Assembly (NCBI GenBank): GCA_001662655.1
Contig: KV460228.1
Reading direction: 5' to 3' (one strand)
Length of the DNA stretch: 64,000 nucleotides
Source: Pseudogymnoascus verrucosus
Taxonomy: Eukaryota
Shown: positions 11,604 through 24,125 of the stretch, one piece after another
How positions within the stretch are numbered: position 1 is the first letter of the stretch
How the letters are laid out: each line of letters begins with the position of its first letter
Made by a program: the position numbers and the translations under genes
Notes under the pieces: model-generated
What the model was told of the DNA's origin: nothing
Database searches by the model: none
What the model saw: only the letters and a program-made list of their open reading frames with translations

Positions 11604-13238
11604 TTATTGGTAGGCTTGCTCCAGTTTAATAAGAATGCTCCGTAACTGTGCAGGCGTCACATTGACCTGCTTAAGGTCACCTTCCGTAAACTCAAGTGGA
11701 TCGGCATCGGCCTCGGAGGAACTCAACAAGTCCGCAGAGTTCTCGCCCTTAATGGCTTCCAGGAGCTCTTGCTTAATCACTTTCTGTGATCCTGAAACGC
11801 CTCGGAAGTCAACAGTGATGTGGCGTCCGTCCTCGACATTGCTCTTCCCTACCACGGCAATGATGCCGTAGTGCTTCCTCATTGCCTCTGAGATCTTCTT
11901 CTTCACGGAGCGTGGCGTGGTGTCGAGGTCAACTCCAAACACGGGACTATGCATGCCGCGTGCTTGAGCTTTGGTTCCAGATTTCGGCATCCCCTGGATT
12001 TCATTGATCGCATCTGAGGCAAATGCTACCACAGACGGGTCGTCGTTGACCGTGATGACCATGACCTGCTTAGTGTTCAACCAGAACGGCCATCGTCCAT
12101 TGTAATGCTCAATAAGAAGAGCCATGAAGCGTTCAACGGACCCCAAGACGGCGCGATGAATCATGACCGGCCTTACTGGGCCAGAAACAGCGAGCAGCTC
12201 CGGGTCAGTTGTAGTTAAACCCTTCTGCTCAAGTTCAGGAGCCGGCGCTGTATACTGCAATTCGAATCTCTTCGGCAGCTGGAAATCCAATTGGATTGTG
12301 GCTGTCTGATGCTCCTTCCCGTCCGAATCTTTCAGAATAATATCGATCTTCGGGCCATAGAAAGCGCCATCTCCCTCATTGACACTCCAGACTTGTCCAC
12401 TGGCATCGAGCGCTTCTCGCAAAGCTGACTCCGCGCCATCCCACTCCTCCGCGGTCCCAATATAATGATCCTTAGGTCGTGTAGATAATGCCAGCCTATA
12501 CGGGCCAAGCTTGAACGTTTCGTAAGCCATCTGCACAAAATCCAGCGTCTTTGAGATCTCCTCGGCAACCTGTGACGGCCTGCAGAAAATATGCCCATCG
12601 TCCTGGTGGAAGCGGCGAACTCTCGTCAATCCGCTCAAGGCGCCCGATATTTCGTTTCTATGGAGAGGACTGAAATCCGAGAATCGTATCGGCAAGTCGC
12701 GGAAGCTCCGTTGTTTCGAGGCGAAGAGTATACAATGCCCGGGACAGTTCATCGGCTTGAGACCGAATTCCTCGTCCTGGCCAACCTGCTTGCCCTCAGC
12801 CTCCCCTGAGGCTCCACGGCCGGTCACCGAGAACATGTCCTCCGCATAGTTCTCCCAATGCCCAGATTTCTCCCATAGGGACTTCTTATATATGGTCGGC
12901 GATATAACTTCCTGGAACCCAAACTGTGCATACTGCGCTTTCAGGAACGAAGTCAATCGGTTAAATATCCGCGTGCCATTCGGCAAAAAGAGAGGTGACC
13001 CAGGGCTGTATATCGAGGTCGTGAATAGCTCCTGGTCAATAGCCAGTTGTCGATGATCGGCTGGGGGTATTGGTGGATCGGCGACAGCCTTCACTTTCGA
13101 CTTCGAATTCTTTGCCGGCTTTGCGTCGCAGGAGGAGCAGTAAGCCTTGTAAATGTTAGGTTGCTGCACCCTCCTTGCGTTGGCGCATGGCTGCCGTGAG
13201 CCATTCCGCAGTAACTGTATGGCTCTCGAGGAGCGCAT
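11604..13238 (-). CDS. MST1: Mitochondrial threonyl-tRNA synthetase
   Basis: LWEKSGHW, LKPMNCPGHC, HRNE..GLTRVRRFHQDDGH, GAFYGPKID, MIHRAVLGSVERF; Arg/Ser-rich presequence; no N-terminal editing domain. Confidence 0.95.
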   Translation of the reverse strand: MRSSRAIQLLRNGSRQPCANARRVQQPNIYKAYCSSCDAKPAKNSKSKVKAVADPPIPPADHRQLAIDQELFTTSIYSPGSPLFLPNGTRIFNRLTSFLKAQYAQFGFQEVISPTIYKKSLWEKSGHWENYAEDMFSVTGRGASGEAEGKQVGQDEEFGLKPMNCPGHCILFASKQRSFRDLPIRFSDFSPLHRNEISGALSGLTRVRRFHQDDGHIFCRPSQVAEEISKTLDFVQMAYETFKLGPYRLALSTRPKDHYIGTAEEWDGAESALREALDASGQVWSVNEGDGAFYGPKIDIILKDSDGKEHQTATIQLDFQLPKRFELQYTAPAPELEQKGLTTTDPELLAVSGPVRPVMIHRAVLGSVERFMALLIEHYNGRWPFWLNTKQVMVITVNDDPSVVAFASDAINEIQGMPKSGTKAQARGMHSPVFGVDLDTTPRSVKKKISEAMRKHYGIIAVVGKSNVEDGRHITVDFRGVSGSQKVIKQELLEAIKGENSADLLSSSEADADPLEFTEGDLKQVNVTPAQLRSILIKLEQAYQ

Positions 13239-13659
13239 CACGAAATCCTTGAGCTCCAACCACAGAAGATCCCACTGCCTCCAGTCGCGTCGAGTCTCAA
13301 TAATTTTGGACAGACCCCTGTCATAAGTCACGTGGTTGGAGCCTAGACCCCTGGCTCGTGACCTTGGTGGACATGACACCTCAAGTCACCCGCCGACGTC
13401 ACACTTTAAGAGGCGCGCGCTTCACGGTGGCTGGTGGTTGCATCCATACAAAGTATTATTCAAATGGTTGGTTGAGGTAACAGGCAGGCTATGGTTCTAT
13501 TTCTTCTTCCTAAACTCTCCTACATCAACCTATTTGCTCTCTTTTACGAAATTTCCTTCTCCATTTGTGCTATTCCTAACTGAAGTTGACATTTATGAAG
13601 CCTGCTGTGGCCTAAATAACAGCCAAATAATATCTTCACGCCAGAACTCAAAGTTTCAC

Positions 13660-15276
13660 ATGCCTTTAGAAGACTCCTGGCTGGTAGAAGGGGACGATGA
13701 TGTCCGCAAGGAAGGGTCTGAGAGATCAGTGAAAGAGGAGGAGTACGTCATTCCGCGACACGACACAAAGCAAGACACAAAGGCGACTCGGCGGCCAAAG
13801 AGGACCACGAGGTCGCCTGACCCTGAGTTCATTATGCCATCCCTTGATTACAGGGCAATAGATGGCTCATGGGAGGGTCTTTCTAGCGGGGCGTCCCGTT
13901 CTGAAGGGAACCCTCAAAGGCGGAAGTCGAGTACTCCGGAGAAACAACCAGACGCGAGGCGACGGAGCTCGCGTCAAGCTGCACAAAATGGAAGTCCTCA
14001 GAAGCGTTCGCGTCCACCAAATGTCCAACCACCACAGCGCCCTGCCGAAGGTGCTGGGTCTGAATTTCTAGACGTTTTAGCCGGCCACGCCACGGCTATG
14101 GTGTCATTTGTACTGGACGTGCTGGGGAAGAGCCTCCGGATTCTCAAGACGCCCATCTCATATGCACTTGCTGTTTGGCTGTTGCTCGGCCTCAGTATTA
14201 TGATGCGGAATTTCCTCACTAATTCTATTTACTCTTCGCTGTCGCCATTATGTCGTATCCCAGGCACCTCGCTTCTTAACCTTCCTTTCTGCCCTTCAGG
14301 TGGCTATGATTCGAAGTCTGGTCCGTCACCAGCGGCGGAGTTTGACCAGCTGATCTCTGTCCAAGGGAAGTTTGAGGAGGTGCTCGATGAGAGTGCAGCT
14401 GGGGTGTCACTTCCTATGGATATGAAGCGAGGGGAGGCGTCCATTCGAGACCTACGACAGCTGGTGAGGTACAGCCAGTTGCATTCAAAGAACGAGCTTG
14501 TTCTGGAGTTCGACGGATTTATAGAAACAGCAAGGATTGCCTCGTACGATCTTCAAAAGTTCAACAGCCACATCGGAAGAGCTGTTGATAATGTGCTTGC
14601 TACAACCCGGTGGACGACACGAGTGCTTGAGGGCATCCAGATCCGAGATGCTTCTCAAGGAGCAATCAACAATTTCGCGAATAGCTTCGCCAATAAGCTC
14701 CTCGCGCCGTTCCAGCCTGTCAAGTTCACTGAATCAGTGCTGCTCGACCAATACATCAAGCACACTCAAATCGTCGAAGAGGAGATCATGAAGCTGATTG
14801 ATGAGGCTCAAGCCCTACTGATGATTCTGAACAGCCTCGAAGACCGACTCGAAGTCATCCATGGAATCGTGACCCGCGACGGCCACCACGCGATCGCCCA
14901 GAGGGAAGAGCTCCTCTCCGAGCTCTGGACCATGGTCGGCGGCAACAGAGGCAAACTCAGCAAAACAAACCGGCAGCTCAATCTCCTCAGGCAAGTAGGA
15001 GTATACCGAAAGATTGCCTATGGCCACGTCTCAGCCACCATCCTCAAGCTGCAGCAAATTGGATCGGGGCTTGAGGATCTTCGGGAACGTGTTGGGTCGC
15101 CGGAGTTGTTACGGGATAGGATTGATATCCCGTTATCTGTGCATATTGAGAATATTCAGCGGGGCGTAGAGAGGTTGGAGGAGGGGAGGCAGAGCGCGCG
15201 GAAGTCGGAGAATGAACATATTGCGCAGACGCTGGAGAGGAGTAGGATAGAGGGCACGTTGATTGGGATAGACTAA
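13660..15276 (+). CDS. Uncharacterised single-pass membrane protein with long helical/coiled-coil C-terminus
   Basis: Long intronless ORF, first plausible ATG at 13660; basic disordered N-terminus, TM ISYALAVWLLLGLSIMM, Cys pair, heptad-rich tail. Confidence 0.8.
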   Translation: MPLEDSWLVEGDDDVRKEGSERSVKEEEYVIPRHDTKQDTKATRRPKRTTRSPDPEFIMPSLDYRAIDGSWEGLSSGASRSEGNPQRRKSSTPEKQPDARRRSSRQAAQNGSPQKRSRPPNVQPPQRPAEGAGSEFLDVLAGHATAMVSFVLDVLGKSLRILKTPISYALAVWLLLGLSIMMRNFLTNSIYSSLSPLCRIPGTSLLNLPFCPSGGYDSKSGPSPAAEFDQLISVQGKFEEVLDESAAGVSLPMDMKRGEASIRDLRQLVRYSQLHSKNELVLEFDGFIETARIASYDLQKFNSHIGRAVDNVLATTRWTTRVLEGIQIRDASQGAINNFANSFANKLLAPFQPVKFTESVLLDQYIKHTQIVEEEIMKLIDEAQALLMILNSLEDRLEVIHGIVTRDGHHAIAQREELLSELWTMVGGNRGKLSKTNRQLNLLRQVGVYRKIAYGHVSATILKLQQIGSGLEDLRERVGSPELLRDRIDIPLSVHIENIQRGVERLEEGRQSARKSENEHIAQTLERSRIEGTLIGID

Positions 15277-15636
15277 GGTTGTGTTTGTATAGGTCTTGGG
15301 TGGGAAGGCAGGGGTCACTATTAGATAGGATACCTAGATAGAACCATAAATTGGTTAAACTCTCAAATCCAGAGCCGTCTTATAACTGTACTTCACTCTA
15401 GTTGCTACCATATGGCCACACTCCAGTCTTGTAAAACCTCACAGACACGACTCCCCGCTCCGGCTCTCACAGCGTTCAAGAACCTCACGGCTTATAGATA
15501 CAAGCTTCACTCAATTGGGAGACTATCCATCCACCTATCCTACACATCCTACACGCGCTTCCGCGCAACCCAAGCGCCAATCTTAATACAGTAGCACACA
15601 CAACCCAAACGCCCATCCATGCACACTCCCCACCCC

Positions 15637-16235
15637 TTACCGATGCCTATCCTTACTCAACTGCCCCTCATCACTCTTCGGGAACCCCCCCACCCTCTCC
15701 GCATTCCTCAACACCGCCTTCCCCTTCTCCCCCTCCCGATCCGCCTCCGGCAATCCCCACCACTCCCTATGAAACTTCTCCTGCTCCTTCCGCCGCCTAT
15801 CCTTCGCCTCGCGGTCTTTCTGTCGTTGAAGCCGCAGCCCGAACCACTCTTCTCGCGCGTTATCTTGTTCCGCTTGCGTGGCGTGCGCAATCATACAGCT
15901 GTTCATTCCTAGGCGTTGGGCGCGACACGCGAAGGGCGCTGTGAATGTCCTGCCGACAGCGCATTCTGCGAATTCTGGGAGAAACCGGAGTTAGCTAAGT
16001 GCACACGACCTCCCCCCGCGGAGCTGGACAATTGACCCAGCAGCTCGGGGGAAGTAACAGTAGCAGGAGCGAAAAACGAACCTTTAATCTCCGCCGCGCA
16101 AAGGGCGCGCACACGCGCAAAATACAGGTCCCGCACCTGCGTCTCCTGGCCCGCGGACAACGGTAACGGGTTCCGCGAGGGCATGGGGAGGCGCTCTACC
16201 GGCTCTACCGGTTCGGCGGTTGGGAGGGGCGCCAT
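15637..16235 (-). CDS. CMC1: Twin-CX9C mitochondrial COX assembly protein, Cmc1 family
   Basis: Intron 15975-16081; C(AAEIKEFAE)C and C(RAQRLGMNS)C pairs; PSRNPLPLSA..Q..VRDLY. Confidence 0.8.
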
Positions 16236-16671
16236 TGCCGCTCGTGTGTCGGTGTGAGAGGGTGAGAGAGAGGGCCGCCTTTGCGGGGTGTTGTTGGGGG
16301 AGGGAGGGCGCTGGTGGTGTTGCTGGCTGGCTGGCGAACTGGGGATGGGGTCGGGATTGGATTTACATACAGATATAATTGTCGCTGGAGCTGGAGGTGC
16401 AGGGGGAGGAGTTGGGCTAGTTTCCGCGGCGGGGCGGAGAATTTGGGGTGCTGTGGGGCTTGGCGGGCGGTGTGGTGTGTGGTAGTAGTAAATTTTGGGA
16501 TGGGCGATAAGAGAAATAATATATCGCGAGGTTGAACGAGTAGTATTCAACTTCAACTTCATACCTTCGATTCTACACGAATTACTACGACGAAACTCTT
16601 GAACACATCCTTGATTCTATATCTCTGGCGCCGCACAATCTATTCCTGATACTTGATACACAGCCATCGCC

Positions 16672-17442
16672 ATGTCGTCGATGCGAAATGCGGTTCAGCG
16701 CCGCCCGCATCGTGAGCGAGGACAACCTGAAGAGCGCGCAAAATGGGGATTATTAGAGAAACACAAGGTAACTCCCCCCATCCCCTCTCCCCTCCAATCC
16801 CACAAGCACCCCCTCTAACATGCCACCCCCCAGGACTACTCCGCTCGCGCGCGCGACTTCAACGCCAAAAAAACCAAACTCAAAGCCCTCCGGCAAAAAG
16901 TCCTCGACAAAAACCCCGATGAATTCTACTTCGGCATGGTCTCTCAAAAAGGCCCCACCACATCCGGGAAGAACAGTACCGGTACACTAAACGGCGATAA
17001 GGGGAACAAAGTCCTTGACCAGGACGCGGTGCGGTTGTTCAAGACGCAGGATTTGGGGTATGTGAGGACGATGAGGAATAAGACTGCGAAGGAGGTTGAG
17101 AGTCTGAGGAGGAGAGTGGTGGGGATTGAGGGGGAGGGGAGGAGGGTGGTGTTTGTGGAGGGGGAGGGGGAGAGGGGGGAGAGGATGGGGGGGGATGAGG
17201 AGAGGGAGGATAGGGAGGAGGAGAAGGGGGAGGAGGAGGGGGAGAAGAGGTTGAGGAGGGTGAGGGAGAAGGAGGCGGGGAAGTTGGAATCGATGCTGGA
17301 GATTGCGGAGAAGAGGTTAGAAGCGCTGACGGAGGCGGAGGAGGCGCTGGATTTGCAGAGGAAGAAGATGGGGAAGACGATGAGTGTTGGGGGGGTTACG
17401 AAGGGGGGGGTCAAGTTCAAGGTTAGGGAGAGGAAGAAGTAG
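16672..17442 (+). CDS. UTP11: U3 snoRNP/SSU processome protein Utp11
   Basis: [53 protein letters not shown]-terminal FKVRERKK; intron 16768-16833. Confidence 0.95.
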
Positions 17443-17658
17443 GGTGTGTGTGTGTGTGTATGATGGGAAGATGAAAATATTGATACGATTTCCTAGGTAG
17501 TTGAGCTATGGACTACTTTCATGACAAGACTATGAGAGTCTAAAAACTCCAAAACTCCGTGACCCCCTTCCGTGCCCATGACGCCTTACATCACGCTCTA
17601 TGTACTAAAGAAACAATGAAATTAACGTGCAGTCATCCAGCTGCTCAAATCAGCCAAG

Positions 17659-19251
17659 CTAATTCAGCCCCTTCTTCGTCAGACATCCGCTGATAGAAAT
17701 AATCACACTCGCCAACGTCTTCACCGTAAATGTCAAGATCCACACCACAAACTTCAGCGCCCAAAACAGCACCTTCAGCACCCCCTTCGTCGGCTTTGGC
17801 AGATTAGCCTTCTCCTTATCCGATAGGCTCTGCTGGCTCTCGAGATCCATCTCCATCTCCTCAATCTTCGGCTTCTTCGTCTTAGCTGCCGGCGGCGCCG
17901 TTGTTGGTGGCGCCTCAAAGCGCTCGATATTGTGCGTCTTCTCCTCCGCTAGAGCCACAATCATGACTGCGCAGATCGCAACATCAACGAGGAAGAAACT
18001 ATCAATCCGCGCAGCGACTCCAGTATCGACCTCGAGGTACCCACCCCCTGACCCATCGCGCGTCAGCTTCACCATGTTATGCGGTAGCTCCGGGTGCTCG
18101 AGCGTGTACTCGACACGCGACCAAGCGGGCGATGAGGCGATGGTGACGCAGAACGGCGTCGACATGGACGGGTGTACAAGGTAGTACTTCTCGGTGTCAT
18201 TATCCCAGACAAGGCGACCGCATTCGAATTCCGCAGCTGCGCGGGCGGTGTCCTCGCTAGGGTTATTGTTCTTAGCGACCATGTCAAGGGCCATAGCGGC
18301 TGCGGCGCGGGGGTAGAGAAGGGCGACGAGGCCATCGCTAGGGGGAAGGCGGCGTTGCGGGTCTTCGAGGGCGGTGGTGAGGACTTCCACGCCGGCGGGG
18401 TCTTTATCTTTGTTCTTTGATCCGCCTATGAGGGGGGATGAGCTCTTGGCGAGGGCTTTGTTTGGGTCATGTCGCGTCATTGCTATCAGGGCAGAGGTGG
18501 ATGTTGGGTCGAGGCGGAGAGTGTAGAAGGGGTGGGTAGCGGAGGAGAGGGTGTGGACGGGTTCTTCGACTGCACTCGTCATTTTCAGACAGAATGAGCG
18601 GCCCTCGCTCGCTGATACCCTCCAGCCGTTTGTCACCTTCCACAGCTGCTTCAGCTCTTCTGTGGAGCATGTCGTTGGCGGCGTTGGGATCTCGGTCACT
18701 GTTCTGCGAGGGCCCGTAGGCATACCGAGGGGTGTTCGACCCGATCCGCTGCCAGCTGAGTATGGACTTCTGCTGATAGCCGATTGAGGGATATGAGTGG
18801 GGCTGGTTTGTGTTGGATAATAGTCTTGTTGCTCAAGAGGAACATCCGGGTTATATCGAGGAAATATCGATCGGATCATGGGCTGTTGACTTGAGCCTGC
18901 CGCATTGTTCTGGAGCGGTGGCTTCGCAATGGAGCTGCGTGAAGAATTGCTGTGGCTCCTGACAAGAGTCGGGGCTTCTGAGAACGCTGTTTGGGACCTT
19001 GGGATCTCTGATCCAAAGGGATTCGGTGAATTGCGGCCACCCATCGCAGATTGTGGACTGTCGAAAACAGAGTGCTTGTTGCTCATTGCAGACTGACGGC
19101 CATCGATGGGTGCATCGGGTGTTTTTGGGCGACTCGACGAGGCCTCCTCAGCTTGTCCTGGCTGAATGGCCCCACGTCGGGTGCTATACTTCCCTTGGCT
19201 CTTCTTTGTTGGCGGGGGAGGAAACAACTGTAATCCCGCATTCGCAGTCAT
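17659..19251 (-). CDS. Uncharacterised fungal protein with C-terminal hydrophobic anchor
   Basis: 530-aa intronless ORF; Ser/Pro-rich N-terminus (SIFPRYNP..YYP), globular middle, C-terminal hydrophobic segment. Confidence 0.8.
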   Translation of the reverse strand: MTANAGLQLFPPPPTKKSQGKYSTRRGAIQPGQAEEASSSRPKTPDAPIDGRQSAMSNKHSVFDSPQSAMGGRNSPNPFGSEIPRSQTAFSEAPTLVRSHSNSSRSSIAKPPLQNNAAGSSQQPMIRSIFPRYNPDVPLEQQDYYPTQTSPTHIPQSAISRSPYSAGSGSGRTPLGMPTGPRRTVTEIPTPPTTCSTEELKQLWKVTNGWRVSASEGRSFCLKMTSAVEEPVHTLSSATHPFYTLRLDPTSTSALIAMTRHDPNKALAKSSSPLIGGSKNKDKDPAGVEVLTTALEDPQRRLPPSDGLVALLYPRAAAAMALDMVAKNNNPSEDTARAAAEFECGRLVWDNDTEKYYLVHPSMSTPFCVTIASSPAWSRVEYTLEHPELPHNMVKLTRDGSGGGYLEVDTGVAARIDSFFLVDVAICAVMIVALAEEKTHNIERFEAPPTTAPPAAKTKKPKIEEMEMDLESQQSLSDKEKANLPKPTKGVLKVLFWALKFVVWILTFTVKTLASVIISISGCLTKKGLN

Positions 19252-20304
19252 CTTGATATGCGTCTAGTATACCGGATACTAATCAGATGAAGGGAAGAGA
19301 AGACGACTTCCAGCGCCCAGGATATGTATATGAAGAAGAATACAACAGCAGCACGCCCCCTCCATGAAGAACAGAGAGCCACTTGTGGCAGATATATGAG
19401 AGAAATCTGACAACCTACCTAGGGAATGCACACTTCGACTTACTAGTGAGGGGTTCAAGGGTCGGGCGTCCGAGACGCATGCACAAGGAGGCGCCTGCAA
19501 CCCGCATTCCTCGAGACATTCTGCGCAATGGGACGACATGTGTCGACGAGCATGGTCAATGAGGACAAGGGAAACTCAAAATAGAATGTCGCATTTGGCT
19601 GGGGGGTTGGGAAAGGCGGATAAGTGGACGGAGGGGATATGTCGACCCTGGTGCCAGCGCTTAGAGACATAATGTGATAGCGGTGTTGATTGGTCCAGAA
19701 TTGATTCAAGCGCCCAGGGAGACATAAGGGCGGGAAACAACATGTTTATTGCCATTTTCAGTCTTCAGTCTTTCGGTCTTGGCTGTCATTCGCGGTCTTT
19801 GCATTTCAAGCTGACAGGTGCATTTGTGCACATACTATTGATGACAGCGTCTATGATAACGTGGAGTTGTTGCCGTTGAGCTCCACCAAATACCTGGTTT
19901 CGAGTCACGTGGTTAAGATATGATTGGATCACGTGATTTATCACTGCAAAAAAGATGCAAGGCTGAAAACAAACAGGACAGACAGACCAACCAACAACCC
20001 CTCCCTTACAGTCCAACTTACTCAAGTACCTCCACAGATATAATGTGCACTCAATCTCGCCCTGTCTCAGCATTTCTTCCTACTTAAAGCTATATAATTG
20101 TACTGTAGGAAATGCTGACCACATATACGTACTTGTATTGACTGTCGTGTAATGTTGTACCCGCAATTTCTACACTTCTAAAGCGACATATCATATAGTG
20201 AGGCAAATAAAGCAAGGTACAAGTATGGTACATGTAGTCCCAGGACAAGAAGCGGTGTCGGCGGGGTACTCGATCACAACCCACCAATTTTGAGGCGGTG
20301 AGTC

Positions 20305-20311
20305 TGAGTCA
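20305..20311. promoter_or_regulatory. Gcn4/CpcA/CPC-1 site upstream of LYS1
   Basis: Perfect TGAGTCA (TGACTCA on the other strand) about 110 bp before the ATG of an amino-acid biosynthesis gene, preceded by a second TGAGTC. Confidence 0.65.
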
Positions 20312-20420
20312 CGGCTGGCAGAATTCCCCAACCAAGTCACAGTGCATCTCTAGAAGAGTCATTTCTTTTGAACTTTTCTCCACGCAAAACAATAATAACC
20401 TATTCAATTGCAACTCCAAA

Positions 20421-21647
<1,227 letters not shown>

Positions 21648-22007
21648 AGAGTTTTGGTGTAGATTTAGAGGGAGTTTGTAGAGTTTAGACAAAATGACTG
21701 AAATGAAATACCACACTTTACATCCAAGCTTACCGGTTTCCAATTTGAGTGTAACAATGCGCCAGTACCAGAAGTCATATATAGCTAATTTCAAAATCAA
21801 TATCGATTCGATTTCCCATCCAATCCCCTAATTTTCAGTAACTCAGCCTCAAGGGTCCATCCCTTCATTTCGTCGAAAAAAATTCCCGTGACTCGCTTCA
21901 TCCACCACCAAAAAAGTTATCACCAAAAACAATCACCCCGCCTCACCCCGCCATCAGCTGGAACGAAATAAACTTACCCCTCACCCCCTCTCCCCGCGCA
22001 AATAAAA

Positions 22008-23287
22008 ATGGCAAATTCAAAGTAAGAAATCCAAAAATCAAACCTGTATACTCCCAGCGATCTAATACAAGGATAGATATGAATACGTCAAATCCTTTGA
22101 GCAGCCTGATTTGCTCTTACCAAACACGTGGATCGTGATACGGATTGATGGACGGGGATTCCATAAGTAGCATACCCCCCCAGGCGCACTATTTAGTAGT
22201 AATACTATGAGGGTATACTGACATACTGGCAGATTCTCAGATAAATATGCGTTCAAGAAACCGAATGATCGCCGCGCGCTGGATCTCATGAACGCCGCTG
22301 CGGAGAGGGTGCTGATTGAACTGCCGGATGTGGTTGTGGCGTATGGGATTAGTGATGAGTATAGGTATGTCTCCCCATGTATGGGAGTGACAATGGGAGT
22401 GTGCGATCTTATCTGATATGGTGAGTAGTTTCGTGCTGCATAGATCATGCACACTATTCGAGCGACGATCGAGGTAAGTCACCCATCATCATCTTCCCAG
22501 CGATGCCAGTGACAAACATGCTCATACTGCCGCAGTAAACTCGTCACAACAATCGTCTCCATGTTCTCAGCATACTACGTCCACCTCTGGCCCTCCTTCT
22601 TCCCCTACTCGCCACTCACGTTCCCGCTTCCAGGCTTTGATGGGAGGGCGGTGCAGTATCCGACGGTCCAGAATTTGAGGGATTATATGAGTTGGAGGCA
22701 GGTTGACTGTAAGTTCTTCTTTGCCGGTTTGGGTAGGGGTGTGTGCTGATGGGGGTTTGTGTCTAGGTCATATTAATAATCTGTATAATACGACGTTTTG
22801 GACGTTGATACAGCAGGGGGGTATGGATGCGAAGGCTGCGGAGGCGGAGTTAGCGGTAAGTTTTTGCTATTTCTTGATATTTGAGGAATTTTGCTGATCA
22901 TATATAGGGCACGCTGGCGGCGGATAAGAATGAGATATTGTTCTCGAGGTTTGGGATGAATTACAATAATGAGCCTGATATTTACAAGAAGGGGAGTATA
23001 GTTTTCCGAGATGTAAGTGCGCCCCAGACCGATGGCAGTTTTCAATATTCTTACAAAGTTTCTAGTATGAATTAGTAGAGGCTACCACATCTTCGCCAGC
23101 GCTCAACGAGGAAGCTCTGACGGCCCCAGAAATAGCTCTATCAAAAACACAGGCAGAGAAGGAGAGGAAAGCAAGGCAGAAGGCAAAGGTCGTCGTTCAG
23201 CATGTTGATTTCATAAAGGATGACTTTTGGGAACAGAGGCCCTGGATATTATCTAATCGCCCCGGCAAGATAAAACGCGAGCCGTGA
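22008..23287 (+). CDS. THG1: tRNA(His) guanylyltransferase (about 7 introns)
   Basis: [83 protein letters not shown]. Confidence 0.95.
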
Positions 23288-23453
23288 AATTCATACATAT
23301 TCATCTCTATCCATCCAATCCACCGACCACCTTGCTGTGTCTATATGTGCCCAATAACAACCCCCGTCGCCGAAACGCCTGCAATGATTCGCTGATGCTG
23401 CTCGAGTGCCGCCGTAAAACATTAAATTCCAAAAGGGTAGACAGGACGAATGT

Positions 23454-24125
23454 CTAGTCTTTCCGCTTCTTCTTCTTCTTGTCGTCTTTTGAGGAGGGCG
23501 TATCGGAGGAGTCTTGGGACGCGGCGGCTTCGGCTTTGGATGCTTTCTTTAGCCGCCTCCGTTCTTTTCGCTGTGCTTTCGTCTCTACGGAATCGCTTTC
23601 GTCGGAAGGGGTATTCGACGATTCATTCGCGCTCGACTTCGCGCTCGACTTAGCCGCCCTCTTCGCCCTCTTCTCCAGCTTTCTCTCTCTTCTCTCCTCC
23701 TTCGTTTCCCCCTCCTTCCTCCTCTTCTTCTCCGCCTTCTTATCCACCGTCTCCTCTCCCATAGCCTCCACCTCAACCACCTCCTTCACACTCCCCACCA
23801 ACGTCTCCCCCCTCACAAAACAAGCATACAAGCCCCCCGTCCCCACATACTTCCCACCCCCCCTTTTCACCATATCCAACCCTCCCCCCGTAACCGTCTG
23901 CACCACCTGCCCCTCCTTACTCGTATCCAGCCCCTGCAACGACTTATCAAACGCATTCATCCACCACATATCGCTCGTCCGATGCTGCTTCTTCCCCACA
24001 CCAAGCGTATTCTGCTTCTGCGACACCAGCAGCGGGCGCGCGAGCCCGATCGAGTCGCTGTGCGCGTGCAGCGAGTGGCCGGAGCCGCGCCAGCCTTGCG
24101 AGGTGAGGAGGGCGTGCGCGTTCAT
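23454..24125 (-). CDS. Tma23-like nucleolar protein (G-patch-like N-terminus, Lys/Glu-rich tail)
   Basis: LTSQGWRGSGHSL..GLARPLLV..GVG..WWMNAFDKSL, LYACFVRGE; KKE-rich C-terminus. Confidence 0.8.
   Translation of the reverse strand: MNAHALLTSQGWRGSGHSLHAHSDSIGLARPLLVSQKQNTLGVGKKQHRTSDMWWMNAFDKSLQGLDTSKEGQVVQTVTGGGLDMVKRGGGKYVGTGGLYACFVRGETLVGSVKEVVEVEAMGEETVDKKAEKKRRKEGETKEERRERKLEKRAKRAAKSSAKSSANESSNTPSDESDSVETKAQRKERRRLKKASKAEAAASQDSSDTPSSKDDKKKKKRKD

Noticed and set aside
13238..13660. Apparent overlap of the ThrRS ORF and the 646-aa ORF
   Set aside because: Caused by non-ATG extensions in the ORF track; the likely ATGs are 13238 and 13660.
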